Shown: positions 38,501 through 53,500 of the stretch, one piece after another
Layout of the letters: the number at the start of each line of letters is the position of its first letter
Numbering within the stretch: the first letter of the stretch is position 1
Assembly (NCBI GenBank): GCA_977030845.1
Contig: OZ365116.1
Location: 18,352,001-18,416,000, forward strand
Length of the DNA: 64,000 nt
Direction of reading: 5' to 3'
DNA from: Fimbriosthenelais zetlandica
Lineage: Eukaryota
Notes under the pieces: generated by a model
Told to the model about the DNA's origin: nothing
The model's database searches: none
Seen by the model: the letters and a program-made list of their open reading frames with translations, nothing else
Translations under genes and position numbers: made by a program

Positions 38501-41500
38501 TATGTTATAGCCATCAGTCTCCAAAAAGTGACCATTTTTTGGATCAAAGTAAATTCATTGTCAGATTTTGAGTTCATTCCGCACGACCAGTTCGTTATGT
38601 TATCTCTTTGCCAAGAAAGGAGCTTACTCTAATTCAGGACACAATCTCACTTGTCATGTATATGACAACTGTCAAATTAGCTGACATTTTGTAACAGATA
38701 TCACATGTGTGGGCAGTATAGCTTAGCTTTGTGTGCAATTGCACTGGTTGACCCAGAAATGCAATGGTTAGCGCAGACCAGTACTGGAAGAGCAAGACTA
38801 ATTCCTAATTGCCCAACACATCGCCACTGGCAGACACCATCGAGTACGCAGCCTGAGATAGGCAGCCGGAAGCACTCTCTTCTCGTTCTCCTTTTGGCAG
38901 GGCGCCCTTCCGGCTAGTCTGCAGGTCGGGTTTATATCTCCTGACAGAAACCAGGTGGCATGCTTCTTCAGCAAATGGCCATTTCAACCATTACTGCTTG
39001 AAAACAATATTGAGAAAGTCAATGGTGGCTTCTTTGGACTTGACGTTCAAAGGAAGTGTTTTATGCCCTTTGAACAAGGGAACACATTTTTCAGAATCTT
39101 TGTTTTTGCAATTCAAAATATGTACTACTTCTTATTAATAGCTCGTGTATCTAGAAACTATAAATTACTTGATAGCTCATTGAGAGCTTCACACTAGAGC
39201 TCAGTAGGATGTTACAGACCATGTAAATACATATGGCTTCTTTAAAGGACAAAGCAAGCAGCTTACACCCACAACACAAAGTTATTACAAGCGTAATGTC
39301 TACACCTTCCCTCATTCTTATATGAAAGTCTTTTTAGGGGCGAGATGATCACCATGATTGAAACATGATGTCTCCCTTTGATCTCCGGCTCAGGCCAAGA
39401 TTGTGATATAAGCTATTCCATTTTAATCAAACACCATAGCGTATCATAGTACACTTAGATTATTTGAAGCAAGCAGCCCTACAACATCAGATAGCACATT
39501 ATTATGTTCATCTTCTGATAGCGTGGTGAAATGGTGTCTTCTTTCAAACAACTTCCTCCTCTAGGACTTCAGTGTAGGAGTCATCCAAGTAGGCATTTAC
39601 AAGACACAGGGCGCCGCTTTTACCAATGAGGGAGTAGAAATCAGTCCGGACACCTTTCCCCTCATATTCACCCTTGTAATTAAGCAAATGAGATTTCCTT
39701 GTAACTTAGTACAGGCAATCCATTTACTTCTGCTGAAAAGAAAAATTTGTCTATATAATCTTGCAGGGAACCCATTCTTCACTTTCACGTTCTATGCATC
39801 ATCGTTTTTATTCTTCACGGAAACTTCATCCCCAATGACACATAGCCTCCGCATCTGAATGTAAAGTGATTCATGGTTGCCGCCATCAAAAAAGCCTTGT
39901 GTATACATGGGTCGAGGGTATCCCCTTCTGATCAGGCTCCAATCCTTCAGTTGACTGTCTACGAAAGTACAACACTGCCTTGCCATTCAATCGTATGCTA
40001 AGTTTGACCAGAGTGAGCTATACCCCCAGAGTAACGTTAGTCCTAGGGGGCCAGCCTCTAGGGTGTCTCTGCAAGGCAGTGGTATATTTGCTCTAGAATC
40101 AGCAGATATGTGTGAACAGTGGCCTGGCTTCTCCTATAGGAAATGATAAGAATGACTTATATCCCCTCCGAAGCTCCCATTTCGATGGTCCACGGAAGAA
40201 GGGCCACAGAAGAATTTCCCAAAAGGCAAACGAGAAGGAGGTACTTGGCTGCAGTGGCATTCCAAAGAAACCTAACCTCACGTATAGCGTTTCTGTCTGA
40301 ATGATTGTGAAGGCTTTTTTATGGGACCTCTTCCCCACTTTAGGATTCTTCTTGGATGCTTGGAGGAGGGGAGCCTTTCGTTTACAGGAGACTTGCTAAG
40401 TAACCGTAGACGGCACAGTGATGCCCTTGCAGCATTGACAACAGAAGAAAGGTCACCATGCACCGTTATCAACCTACTACGCACCATGGACCAATATACA
40501 ACAATGCATTCTGCTTCTCACGGCTTTTGACAAATTTAAGTAGCATAATGCAAAATAAACATATACCATTGGTAGAATTTGACCCAATGCTATACATGTA
40601 TTTTGCTATATTAGAAAGCACCCAGTGGTGGCAATATTGCATCCTAGCTACTATTATTGTGTATTTCTGCCAGTCCAAGCTGGCAGCCAATTATACAGAG
40701 ATGAAAGCCTTTGGTCTAAAACCTATAACCGTGACTCCATCTCTATGGCAGTGTCAGGTAGAACGTTATTCTCACAGACCTGGCCGGTATATGTGCCTCG
40801 GGCAGTCATGATCCAAACAGAGAATTTAGATCTCAAGATCCCAATACCATGGGACAATCTTGACAGGCTTGACATACCCATTGACAGACAGAGGATGAAG
40901 CCTGACAGGCCTGTGTGTGTAGCAGTTGACAGGGAGGGGAATGTCCTCCCCCCGTAGCCCACCAAGGAAACTGATACACTTCTTTGCTTTTGTTTGGATA
41001 AATCAGGTTTTGGGGGATGGGTCTTCTTGGTGGGATTACTCCTGTCAACCTCCGTATGACTGACGTATTCTGATGGTCTCCATACATTTTAAACAAACAA
41101 CATATCCCTAGTATCAGACATTATGGATCGCCAATTTGCATAGTATGATCGACAAAATCGACATACCCAAAAAGGCCATAGAAATGTCTGCTGATCTCAA
41201 AATGTTACGAAAATAGTGTCACCTAATAGCTTCCATACTGAAATCATCCTTTATTTTATTCTGTATAGTCCATTCTTGTTAATCATATTGAACAGAGGGT
41301 TTCAATTTCATTTATCATATCCTATCATTTTAGTGTAGAAATAGGCTTTACAGACATCAATTATTTTGATTAAGTGATTCTCTTTTCAAAGTTACCACTC
41401 TCCAATGGCAAACCGCAATTCACTGAGCTTGTGATAGTTGAAATTAAACCACATGGCTCCAATGATAGGAAATAGTGAACTTTTGCTTTAAAGATCATAA

Positions 41501-44500
41501 TTGCAGTTTGCATATCATTTTCCTCCTTTCTATTGTACATGGTCTCTTTGTAGTAACTATATTGATGTGATGCACCTTCCGTGCTTTTGGTCATGTAGTA
41601 TAATACATCCATCCAGAGTTCTGACACTCAGGAACTTATATTTCTGTGGGTGGCTCCAGACACGAACACTGGAGTACAATTTTCATAAAGGTGGGGAAAT
41701 GATCTGTAAATGTCAGTGGATGAGGCTTTGTGCGGTCTACCTGCCACTGTGACATTAGTTTTGTGACCTAATGGTCCATGATCAGGTGACCAGAAAGCTG
41801 AAGAAACCAAATTTGACACTTTTCTGCAAAGAAGCAGAAGAAAAATCTTAGTCCCTGGCAAATGGCCAGGAGATGATAAGCTGTTTACAGCGAGATCAGG
41901 TCATCTCAATATTGTAATAAACCTGTGACTATATTATCAACAGAGTCTTCAAATCAACATGAACCGTAGCAATGTGTGTGACGTATGCACACCAAGATGA
42001 CTATTCTGAATTGAATTAAGACCCATCATCTTTTTACAATATCAGAATATGAGATTATTGGTAGCTTTGGGTTCAAGTATACGATAAATAACATATAACA
42101 CCATACCTTTCTTATCACCCCACGTTAGCAGCAAATGGTTACCACCCAGCGAGTGACCTATAGAATAACTCTAATCCTGTCATAACATTTCATCTCTAGC
42201 TATACTGAGGGCTGATAAGTTCACATATCACAGCCTTCAGTGCTGTCAGTCTATCCACATAGCTATACTAATAAAACAGCTATATCACATGATCATCTCT
42301 TAATTCACGCCCAAGTACTCATTCTTATTGTCATACATATATTTCACTAGACCTCTCTCCACTATTGGAGATACCTGTATAATGTTCTACCTTAGAGCAC
42401 CAACCACCTTAGCAGAAGAGGACCTTGGTGATCAAGATACTGAAATTAATGATCATATTTACACTCCGTATAAGTCTCACCAGGAGAGAGAGTCGATCAT
42501 ATACATAATGACGACAAGAATGTAGATATATATCTCATGGTGTACCTCTATCATTATGATGATTTATCAGTAGTAACACCTGACATCTATCAGCGTTGCT
42601 GCAGCATGTTTCACAGGTTGGTGAGGTTCTTTGTTGAGTTGCCTATGGCAACAGTGGGTGTTAAGACCTGGTATTTGTGGTGGGGAAGTCGGGAACAGAC
42701 CCATGGCGATGTGAGGAGATGTATCTGATTCAAGATCTGAGACAAGTAACAACAACTTGTACCCTTTCCTGGCCTTATCCCAGGCTTAAATGGAAAGAGA
42801 TTTATGGGATACATAAGTCGGAAAGCAAGGGAGAAAAGGAGATGGAACTAATGAGCAGGAATGAGCAGAAATAATCTAAACATACTCCATGTTATGCCTA
42901 ATGATACTGACATACAGGTGCGTGGGGGGGGGGGGCAGCCTATAAAGAAGGCGAAAAGAATATATAAGAGGTTTATATCCTTGACGCAAGGTATTGAACA
43001 CTTTCTGTAGAAAGAGCGAGAAGGCAGATAGATGGATAACAAAGGGGATTAAGATGTAGAGGTTGGATGACTCCGTCTCGGTTATATATGTTGTCCACGA
43101 TAGGGTAAGAGTTTGAGGGGATGGAGGAGTAGGAGGAGGAGAACGTGGTCCATTTACACAGCTGTCGCTGCCTAAAAACTGGCCCAACTACTTATTTCTG
43201 TGCCCAGAGGAGGTAAAATCGGATACGTCGACCGTAGGTAAGTTGATCCTTGTGGCCGGGGCAGGGGCTGTCTAAGTGTGAGAAGCACATCCCTCCCATG
43301 TGAAATCCATCCTCCCCCAGTCTACCAATACACACCCCTGCTATCTAACCAGCCTCTGCTCTTACTTAGCCCCAGCTGTCTGCCTCTCCTACTTCTGATG
43401 CAAGCGTCTGAAATTGCTGATTAATCGGCGCCTTTCCCATTTAATAATGCGCCATCACCGCCGAAAAATACAAGATTAATGAATCAGGAGAACGAGAGTA
43501 TCGTGTGTATGTGATAAACACGAGAGAGGGAGCGGCTCGCGAGGGGTAACATTTTTTGGGCGCGACATTCGAGCAGGCTCGGCTACAGGGTTTAGCAGAC
43601 GAGATTCGTACCATGTAACTTAAGGATGGCGGGAAAACAAACCCCTACCAGTCCGTGTCATGCCGCAAAGCAACAGATACGGGGGCCACGGGATGACATT
43701 GGGGGATAGTATCTGTCGCTGCTCGTTTCGTGCAGAAATTATCAATCCCACCTGGATTGGACAGGCAGGTCTTTTGATGAAGTCCCGCCATTCTGAAGGG
43801 GGCAGGAAATTACCAGTAATTTGATCTCTTAATTTGAGCCCCTCTGCTCCGGCACGGCTTGGATATCCGAAAGGGGACACTTCGGGGTTAGGGCAGCGAA
43901 GAAGCGGCAGGAAAAGGCCGCGGGTTTTCTTTACTGGCGCGAACTGATGCGTGCAGGCAGATCAAGGTGTTCTGTTACCCCCCGAGACAAATAACTCTGA
44001 GAAAATAATCACGTGAGGAAAAATAAGTGGAGCAACACTAGCCCTTGTCAAATAGAGGCCACTGTGTGTGCTTGGGGAAGAAGGGTGTTGGCTCGAAAAG
44101 ATAGAATTTCGCTAAGGCAGGGTTAGGGATTGGATTACTCCAGAAGCTGAATAACGAGTTCTTTGCGGGGTTTCCTCGATGCTCAGCCATTTTGCAAGCC
44201 CTTGCCATTATTCATACCATTAATGGCTGATCTTACAGAGTTACATGGACTATTTTGGGGATGGATCCATCCCCCTCCCACGCCATCCCCACCCTACCAG
44301 TATTGGTAACATTTGAGATCAACTACAAGGTAGAAAACAGAAGCTAATAAGCCATGGAAAAATAAGCGATGACTAATAGGTAATCTTCACCAAACTAGCA
44401 ATTGATCGCCATAAATGAGTGCAGCAATCCTCCCGCAATTCCCTTTCTTCTCAAACGGAACTAAATCTTGCTCGTGGCTCATTGAACTTTTTACGGGTAA

Positions 44501-47500
44501 TTTGAAATGCTGGATAACTAATTGACGTATGTGATATGTCCGCACTTTTTAAATGGTTGTAAGGCGCTAAATGACCAATAGATTGTTCTATGACACGGGT
44601 AGAACAAATCATGTGGACTAGCCCTACTTAGTAACTACTATCAATGACTTCATGACAATGGCTTCCGAAGTCATAATATGCAATCTAACCTTGTCTATAG
44701 TGGATGAGGGAAACCATACAGTGAACATGGCCTTGGATCTTGTAATCCACCCTATCCCCATCATATACACACGCCACACCCTGCCTTTTGGTAACTGAGC
44801 ACCTACTAACATTGCCTTTGGTGGAACTCCCTTATAAGAGGACAAGTGATCTTGTGTTTTCGCTAAAACTATGCCACCAAACCAAATCTAGACACAGCTC
44901 AGATTGCTGAAGCTGAAGTTTTGTGTAAGTTCATTATACAGAAAGTCACTGAAGGCGGATTAGGAATGAATGGGAAGTTTCATTCCATAACGAAGTTCAC
45001 CCGTTAAAGATCCAAGTGCACAGACTGGCCATAATCACTTGATATTTGTGATGTTATCCCTTTAGTAACATCAAATCAAAACACATTCTAAAAAGTGAGG
45101 AATATATAGGAAAGTCAAAGGAAGTGGGGGTGGAGTGTCTGCATTTGGTGACTTGGAGGGCGGGGGGAGTTGAAGAAACATAGAGGCATATATAGATGGT
45201 TGCCTTAGTTCTCTATATACCAAATCCTTAACAGCCCAGGCTACACTGGCGCCACAATGGTCGAGAGAGAAACCAGAAACCAGAAATGGGATATGCATTC
45301 AAGGTGCTAAGCTTACCTCTGTAGCAGTTTGAGTGCCAGGACTTTGGTCTAGTTGACACATAGGTATCAGGTGACAGCTCGGTGGCCAGTGGGTCACCAG
45401 TAGTGCATAGGACAAGGGGTTTGAGTTCAGGCAACTTTCAAAATACGCACTCCACATTGAACATCTATCTCTCCTTCAGTCGTGAGATTCTTGTAGATAG
45501 GCATTCAACGCACAGTAATAAGTACGGCTATATGGTCAAGTAAAGGGAACTGATTGTTTACCATGGTTGATATGGATCTTTACCATCTAACCACATATAG
45601 ACCATGTGAGACAGGACAGTCCTATGATAACCCAGTCAGCACAGACAGATTTACCAAAACCAGAAAACTGTGAAGTCAGTGGATTGGTATATGTCTGTTT
45701 TTGTGATATACAATCTATGATGTGACCACATCAAGATTATTATAGGCGCTTTATGACATTATATGAAGTGCTTCACATCCCTGTCCTTGCTATATTATCC
45801 AGTCACCATGGATGGTGAAGCCAGTATGGTAATAGAATCCCCCATTCATGCCTGCTTCTGCCATAGATAAGCTGAGCTCATAACACACTCTAAACACCAA
45901 TCCACGAAATAGTAGTAGCTTGGCCCCTCTAGGCCACCTACCCCCTTCTACCCTCCCTCTCTCCCTCTACAAAACAAGCCCCGCGCCTCACTCGGGTTTC
46001 CCTATATGGAGAACCAACATGGGGATCAGTTTTCTGCTATCAGGTGGCATCTCAATAATTATTCCATCACACATAACTGGGGCCGTGTGCCGAACTGGGC
46101 TCAAGTTTCCTCCTAGAGTTTCACAATGTTCGCCAAACACGTTGAGGGCCGTGGTGCTACTTAGTGCTAGTGGCTTATGGGTATTTGTAGTGGTGCCACC
46201 AATCTATAGCGGGATGATAGATTCATTATCAGGAAGTCTAATATAGATTGAGCAGGTAAAGTTCCTCTTGTAATTTCAACTGCACGCTCTGTTTTTCTTA
46301 CCCCAAAATTTACTCAATAACAGATCAGTATCTACTTTTCTGAGTGAAATTTCAGTCCAAGTACTTGTGTTTCAACTCGTATGTGCATGAGAAGTGATAC
46401 AGATCTTTCCATCCTCACATTTGACACTCCTATATTCATTTCATCCAAGTTTTTAATAATTAGAAATGACGGGATTAAACTTAGGTGGAATATAATATCA
46501 GTTTTATAGATGTGTGAGGGAGATGCTATTGGAAGGGTCTATGATAATCGAGCCAGCGGTATTGATATGCCTGTGGGTAGAGAGTGTAGAATTTAATCAC
46601 TGTGAGGGTCCGTTTTTGCCTCACAATCATCGGTACTGTTCTATGGGTGAGCGCTCTAGGCTCGGGTGACGGCCCCCTCATCACACAGACTTGTAAAGTT
46701 AAACTTGGACTTTCACTCAAAGCTCCAGTTGCTCTCCTTCAATGGTTTCAAACTACCCTCTCAAGTTCGGGTAATCATCTCATCCCGTCCCTCTCTCAGC
46801 CAGTAATATCAATACTGATTCCTTATCATATTTCATCAGTAGTTATTAGTTAGAAACATGTGACATTCTAAACACCTGTGCCTATTGTCAGAGTAATTTT
46901 TGCTTTGCTTACTCGGATCAGCGAGCAACTAGAATTCGAGGTGAATATTAAATTGAAGGCTGAATTTCATAATGACGTGGAATGAAAAAAGTTCAGATAT
47001 ATTACGGATCAGTTACCATATAGACTTTGTGTAGGTATAGGCCTACTCAGAGAGTCATTTTCGAGCACTGCAGATTAAGGCGGAGGGGAGTTGGGGTTCA
47101 AAATATGGGTTCAAATGGGATCATTCAGCTCTGACAAACCAATTGGTGTTGATTTGTTTAAAATAAATCTACACTGATAAAGTACACACATATTTAGAGT
47201 GTAGAGGGAGGACGACCTGTGAATGCGCCTCATTAGGTTTGCCCATGTCTCTGTGTTTTCTAATGACCCTATGATGAGGACTGTGAGCCTCTCACTATGA
47301 GGGAATGACTCCCACTCTTTTGGCCAGCATTCTGCCCACATACCACACAACTCTCTCCTCTTCAGCTCCTCTCACTCGGCCCATCTCGGATCAAATACCT
47401 CTACTCGATCGGCCGCAAGAGGCGATGGTGGCATTCAAAACCCACAAAATAATAAATCCAATAAAAAGACATGCCATTTTTTCTTTTTCAAATTCTTGGC

Positions 47501-50500
47501 TTTTTTTTACGTTTTTCTTTTGTTCCAGGCAGATTTTCGGTATCACAAACTAATATTGCAATTCATTCCGAGTGCTCTGTTGCGGTCGGTGGGTGTTCGG
47601 TTGTAGCCGAAGACGATCCCATTTGAATGTGGATTATGGGTCCTGTCAATGATCTCCAAGTCATTTTGCTCCAACTAAAAATGAAAAGCTGCAAGAGAAG
47701 ATGGAAGGAATTGGAGACGGCAGGAGTCTTTTCAAGAATAATTCAGAGTGATGGGAATAAACTCTGACTGAATCATCAGAGATAAATGAGTCTGGAAAGG
47801 GGATTATCGTGGTTTTCTGGCCTCACTACACGAACACAGCCAGTGCACTTAGAAAGTTGGCCCTGAGGCAGGGCAAGTCGTAAGACGATCCCTCTACCTC
47901 CTATACCCATGGGTTGGTGTATAGATATCCCTTCTGGTGCTCAAACCCCATCCTCCTCATATTGAAATATTTAGTTTTCCTCTTCTTTCACAGTCTAGAT
48001 CACATCCGCCAAAATAATATGTTCCCATAAAATATTAGAAGTGTCCCGATTACAAGTTCACTTTTGAATTATCACAGATCAATATGAAAATGTTTTGTAT
48101 TTCAGATGACATTTCATCATATTAAAGATATTGATTATCCTCCAATGTGAGAGAATCATTGGCCACGATAGATCTCTAATCTATGGGAAGTGATCTATTT
48201 CTCAGGCTATTAATTTCTAAGTTGAGGAATAGGCCCATTGATCAGCTACACAACATTCCAAGTCATGGAAACGCTGGCCTATTTATGGCAATAGAAATAT
48301 GTAGGTGTGGGCCCTAAAGAGGCACTCAAAAGTTTGGAGTGGCTCAGCCAGTCAAGCCCGCCCACCCAGAAATCACTCCAGATTGATCCGCCAGAGGGGG
48401 CTTAAGCCACTACTTAAGTCTACCTTCATCATCGACTCCAATGCCGTCCATTCCTCAGAGAATAGACCCGGGTCGCAACCAGGTCTGTAATTTGCATAAA
48501 TCACCTGGTTCCCGGCCCTCCTCTGGCTTAGAAGTTCTTGAAACCAGGGTGACAGCCACGCCCTCACACTGCCTGGCCAGGCAAATGACCAGGCTAGCGT
48601 CCACGCCCCTTCCAGGACACGGTGGGGATGACCAGGTCTCCAGCCACGCCCCCTTTGTAACCCTTTTACCATTAGGTCTGAGGCAGGATATATACACAAG
48701 TCAAGAAAGAACATAAATAAGCCTCCTCCTCTTCACTTTCTACACATGTGGCTGGCTGCCTTTCCTGGGGTTATACGATATGCCTTCCTAGACTTCTACA
48801 TTTACTGAAATTGATCCAAGATGAGGCGCATTTGAACTTAAGTACAGGCTGTCTCTTGTCAGGAATTTCGATCGTCTGTGACAGATCAAGATCTCTTTAG
48901 CAATTCTCCTTGTTTCCCTTCTTATTATTTGTCTCACATAGTAAGTGTCATCTTCACTGATCTCAAGTCAGACATACCTATGAATTTCCCAGGCGATCTC
49001 AATGACAACTGTAGAGCTTTCTCAAAAAGTCATTTAAATTTTATTAAACCAGAAAGGGCAAGTTTGCTTCAAATTATAGCAAAGCATATTCTCATATCTG
49101 TATAGCATTTCCCTTTCTATCAAATCTCGCAATCAAATCGGAATGAGAATTTAAGTAAAAAAGACATTTTATAGATCAGAAAACTACCGTGAAATGTCAC
49201 AGTGATATTTCATCTGCTTTTGTCGTATGAGACAGAAGTCAGTGGAGGTCATTAGAATGGAAGCCACTGTGTGGTTTGATAGTATGATGTTATCAAATAG
49301 TGAAACTTAGGCTGATGAGCACAACAAACATGCAAGATCATCCCGCCCTGAAAAACACGCTCTTATCACGTGACCAGGGCAGCCATGACTGATCTCTAAG
49401 TACCACGTGACCTTCAAGGTTAGGGTGTAACCATGACACATGAATCGCCATCGTCTCAGGTCCATCAGAGACGACGCAAGAAGTTTTCGTGCATGCGCTC
49501 CAAGAGGTTGACATTACACTCGAGGAGATGGGAGCAAATGCTTTGGATGGCAGAGAGAGGAAGCTGGAAAAATCACTGCTCTGCCACGCAGGGCTGATGA
49601 TATGTATGATAGCATATCAAACAAATGCTGGCCCATTATGTCATGTATCCAGATATAAAGTTTTACCCCTTTCTATTCTTATATGAATGTCACTAGAATA
49701 TACATAATTAAGATGCTGATCTTCATATGATGTTTTCATGAGAAATGCAACAACATGGTACTGCATCAACAATACTTATAAATCGTGTATTGTCAATTAT
49801 ATAGAAGACATACCGATAGTAGGCCTAAGATAGAATACATGACCATTCACTAAGTTATACGCCCAGCACGTCTGCCCACACAGGACACGTACAAGATACA
49901 AGAAGCATATTCTCAATTCACAGCATTGGTCTCAGTAACCAAACCCTCAGAATGGTTCGCACATATTTCGTCATTTTGTCTACAAGGAGGATTGAGGATA
50001 AAAACCATGCCTTGGCCTGTATGGGGGCTGTCTAGGATTACGGTTAGCCTTAGTGACCTGCCAGAGGCCTGTCATGCCAAGAGATGACCCCCATAGCAGT
50101 GACAGGCATGACAATCGCCAGGTGAGGCAAGGGAGATGGGCCTTGGTGGTATTCAGAAATCTGACTCCCTTCTGAAGGGGGTGTTTTTCTACCGCATGTA
50201 TAGCTATTTAAGCTATATAGGGAAGTATTACTTTACTGGATGAAAAGTGGGGATGATCGAGGGGATATTGGTTACTTGATAATAGTCACGTTTTAATGTT
50301 AGCTTTTAGACCTGTGTAATAAGGGCATGAGAGAGGTTTTTGTAACAGAAGCTGAAGTTAGCACAATCTAGTCATTTTGCTCAGGTGACCATCACCTGAA
50401 CGGAAAGGAAAATATCACATAAATCCTCTTAAGTTGTCAGCACATACATATTTGAAACTTCAATCATGTTATTACTGAGATAGTTGTCACACACAGATTC

Positions 50501-53500
50501 CACTAACACATGAGTGTCTTTCAAAATCCATCATGTTTTATCACCAAACAGAGCAGTAAAGAATGATTGACATGCAGTCGAACCCTATCACACAGAGACA
50601 GTCAGCTCAATGTTAGAACAGCCTATAAACGTAATTGCTTTGCTAGGGCTGTCATTGAGAGGAGAAGATAACTGGAGTATCTATCACAGCCATGACACAG
50701 GTAGACACAGTCTATTGTACCATCACACACTGGATCACTTAATGGCTGCTGTCATTATGGCCAATTATTGTCATTGGTGTTCAAATGTCAGCCCCTCTAA
50801 GCCAAGGTGTTGATTATGAGAAGACCATGTGTTGCGTACAAATGCACTGTTTGATCTGACTAGACTGTGTGTGGAGAGGCAGAGATCCAAAAACTGTCAT
50901 TCTCTTATTTTCCTTCTCATTTCTTTCCATCTATTACACATAAAGTCACTGCTTGTTTTTTCCCAGGTCTTATCCAACAAAAGCGCACATTAGGAAGTAT
51001 TTTGGCATTAAGCAAGAACGCCGGCTCATTGCAATAAATCAACCCTTCAAAGATACTATAATTATGTTTACATAATAATGATTTATTCACTATCTGTACC
51101 AAAGATTTAGACCAGAGAATCTATGATTAGGACCTTGAAATGTGAGTCACCTGGCATGTATCTGTACCAAGAATGCAGGGCAAAATAGACTGTCATCCAG
51201 ATTTAGAATGGCCGTATCGGATTGCAAGGTGTCCTTATCAGTATACCTACTGTATAAGGCCTCTGCACAGTGGAAAGGGGTCACTACCAACAGAAAAGGG
51301 TGAGGGGAACTTAGTTCATAGATAGCAATCAAATGATATAACAATGAAATCAATGACTACTTTTAAATGCTACTGACGGTGGCAAATGAAAAGGTGAGAG
51401 AACTTTGTCAGTAGATAGTATATGAAGGTATATGCTCCCTGAGGTAAAACAATAATGATTTTTAACTTCCTGCTACAGCACAAAATACTGCATGGGTCAA
51501 TGAGAGAGCCCAACCCAACAATTCATCTACCTTTCCTCCTCTTTCTTCTCAAATGGCCTAGCTATATATTTGTTAGCGAGCTACTTAAACAAAGTCAGAG
51601 ATAACCCCCAACAGATATGCACTGAACCTAAGGCCCCTCTCAACTACATGCTCAGAAAAACTCTCTGATTAGTTTGGTAGTTGGGAGAAGTGTCACCACG
51701 GTTTCTGCTTACGTATAGAAAGAGGCTAGAAGTTAATGTCATCCCTACTTTGCAAGTTACAATAGCCTTTTTGGATTCATAGTATGAAGGGAGAGTAGGG
51801 TTACTTGCAGGAAGATCGGGTTACTTATGGATTATTTGAAAGTCTGTTAATACTGCCTCTTACCTGGCAACAAATAGCCTCAACACCCAATGACGTACCT
51901 ATATATTTACAACTTCCCTCAATTCGAAAAACATTAGAGTAAAATGAGATAAAACACATTCCATAATTATGAGGTTAAAAACAAGTTCATGACAGTGCAG
52001 CATCCTCTGAGCACTCATAATGTAATATCACCTGCGATAGTTCGACCTATTTCACTCAGGTCCAATGAAGATAGGCGCAGGTTGAAGGGGAATTACAGAG
52101 CACAAAGGACGAAAACCAAGGTAGAGAGATACCAGCGGCAGCATGGGGTACAGTTTTCATGTGTAATGGCTGTAACTCTGTCTGTTTGAACTAAGTCTGA
52201 TACACAAAGATATGCATAAGGCGGAGCAGTTAGTTTGTTGTTCCACAATAGCCAGCAACAGGTATGAACATAAAATATCTGCTTCACCTTATCCTGTCTG
52301 ACTCGTGATATGTACAGTTTACTGTAAATCGAGCCTGTGAAAATAGCAGACGTTTATGCGTTACCCTGGTAACGCACCAGCTATCGCGAGATTATGCAAA
52401 AGATGGCCGCTACGAGAGAACTGAGAGGGTATACGATTACATAGTGAGCAAGAAGGCAACAGCGGAACAGAAACAAACACATCAAGGGAAGGGTCGTCAC
52501 AGAAAGGCAGACACAAGGGATTCTCCACAGAAAATAGTTAATGGATTAATGCATCATATAGCAAAGGTGACCCTATCTGAGGCGCTTTGTAAATCAAGCC
52601 CATCCTGGAATGAAAACGATTCTTGTTTTCTGAATACGTCTCTTTCAGCAGGCGCCTCGAGGGCCTAATATTCCAGGTCCATAAGCCATGCAGATAGTCT
52701 CAAACATCAGATTTCACCTTTTCTATATGCATATAAGTGGAGGGATGGAGTCATAACTCCTCATATGAAAATAAATGGTTTTAATGAAAATCAAAGCCCT
52801 TCAATAATTCAGAAATCAGCACATTTGTCGGCTCGGGTTTAAAATCCCGCGTGCCTCTCTGGGAAACAAGATCTTGAAGTTATGAGGAGCTCTTTGGATT
52901 ACAAAAACGAGCAGATGATAAAGAGCTTCAAAGTTATGCCGAAAGCATTTGTTTTGCACAACTGAGAGAAAAACTTTTCACTGTGCATGTTTAAGCCTCA
53001 ATGCAGAGGCCAATAAAAATGTATTTGCTCTGTGAACCGTCGCTTGTTTCCAACAGGAGACATTGGAAAAACACGTTGACTGTTTGCTTATTATCTTCCG
53101 CAGTATCATGTTACTTTGGGATAACTGTTCCTGTTATTTTGACAGTCTTGAAACATATACGATGACAAGGCATGATTTCACTTAATAAAAGGGGCCTTCT
53201 CATGTTGGGTGCCTTTTTCGCAGACGCCGCTAATTTGTGTTCACTTTGTAAAACCTGATATGCTATATTGGCCCGCGGTAAGATGAGCTATGATTCACCG
53301 GGAATCCTATGCGCGCATTTGGAATATCCTCTGCTTTTCCTCCTGACATATCGTTGGAAACAGAATATAGCAGATATCCCAGCTCAAAAATGGACTGGGC
53401 GAGAACCGAGCATATATATGCCACGATCTGCTGCCGGGATTAGGTGTATGTATATTGTTCTTTGGAACTGAAGATCGCCTGGCAGGCTCAGTTTCGCCTG

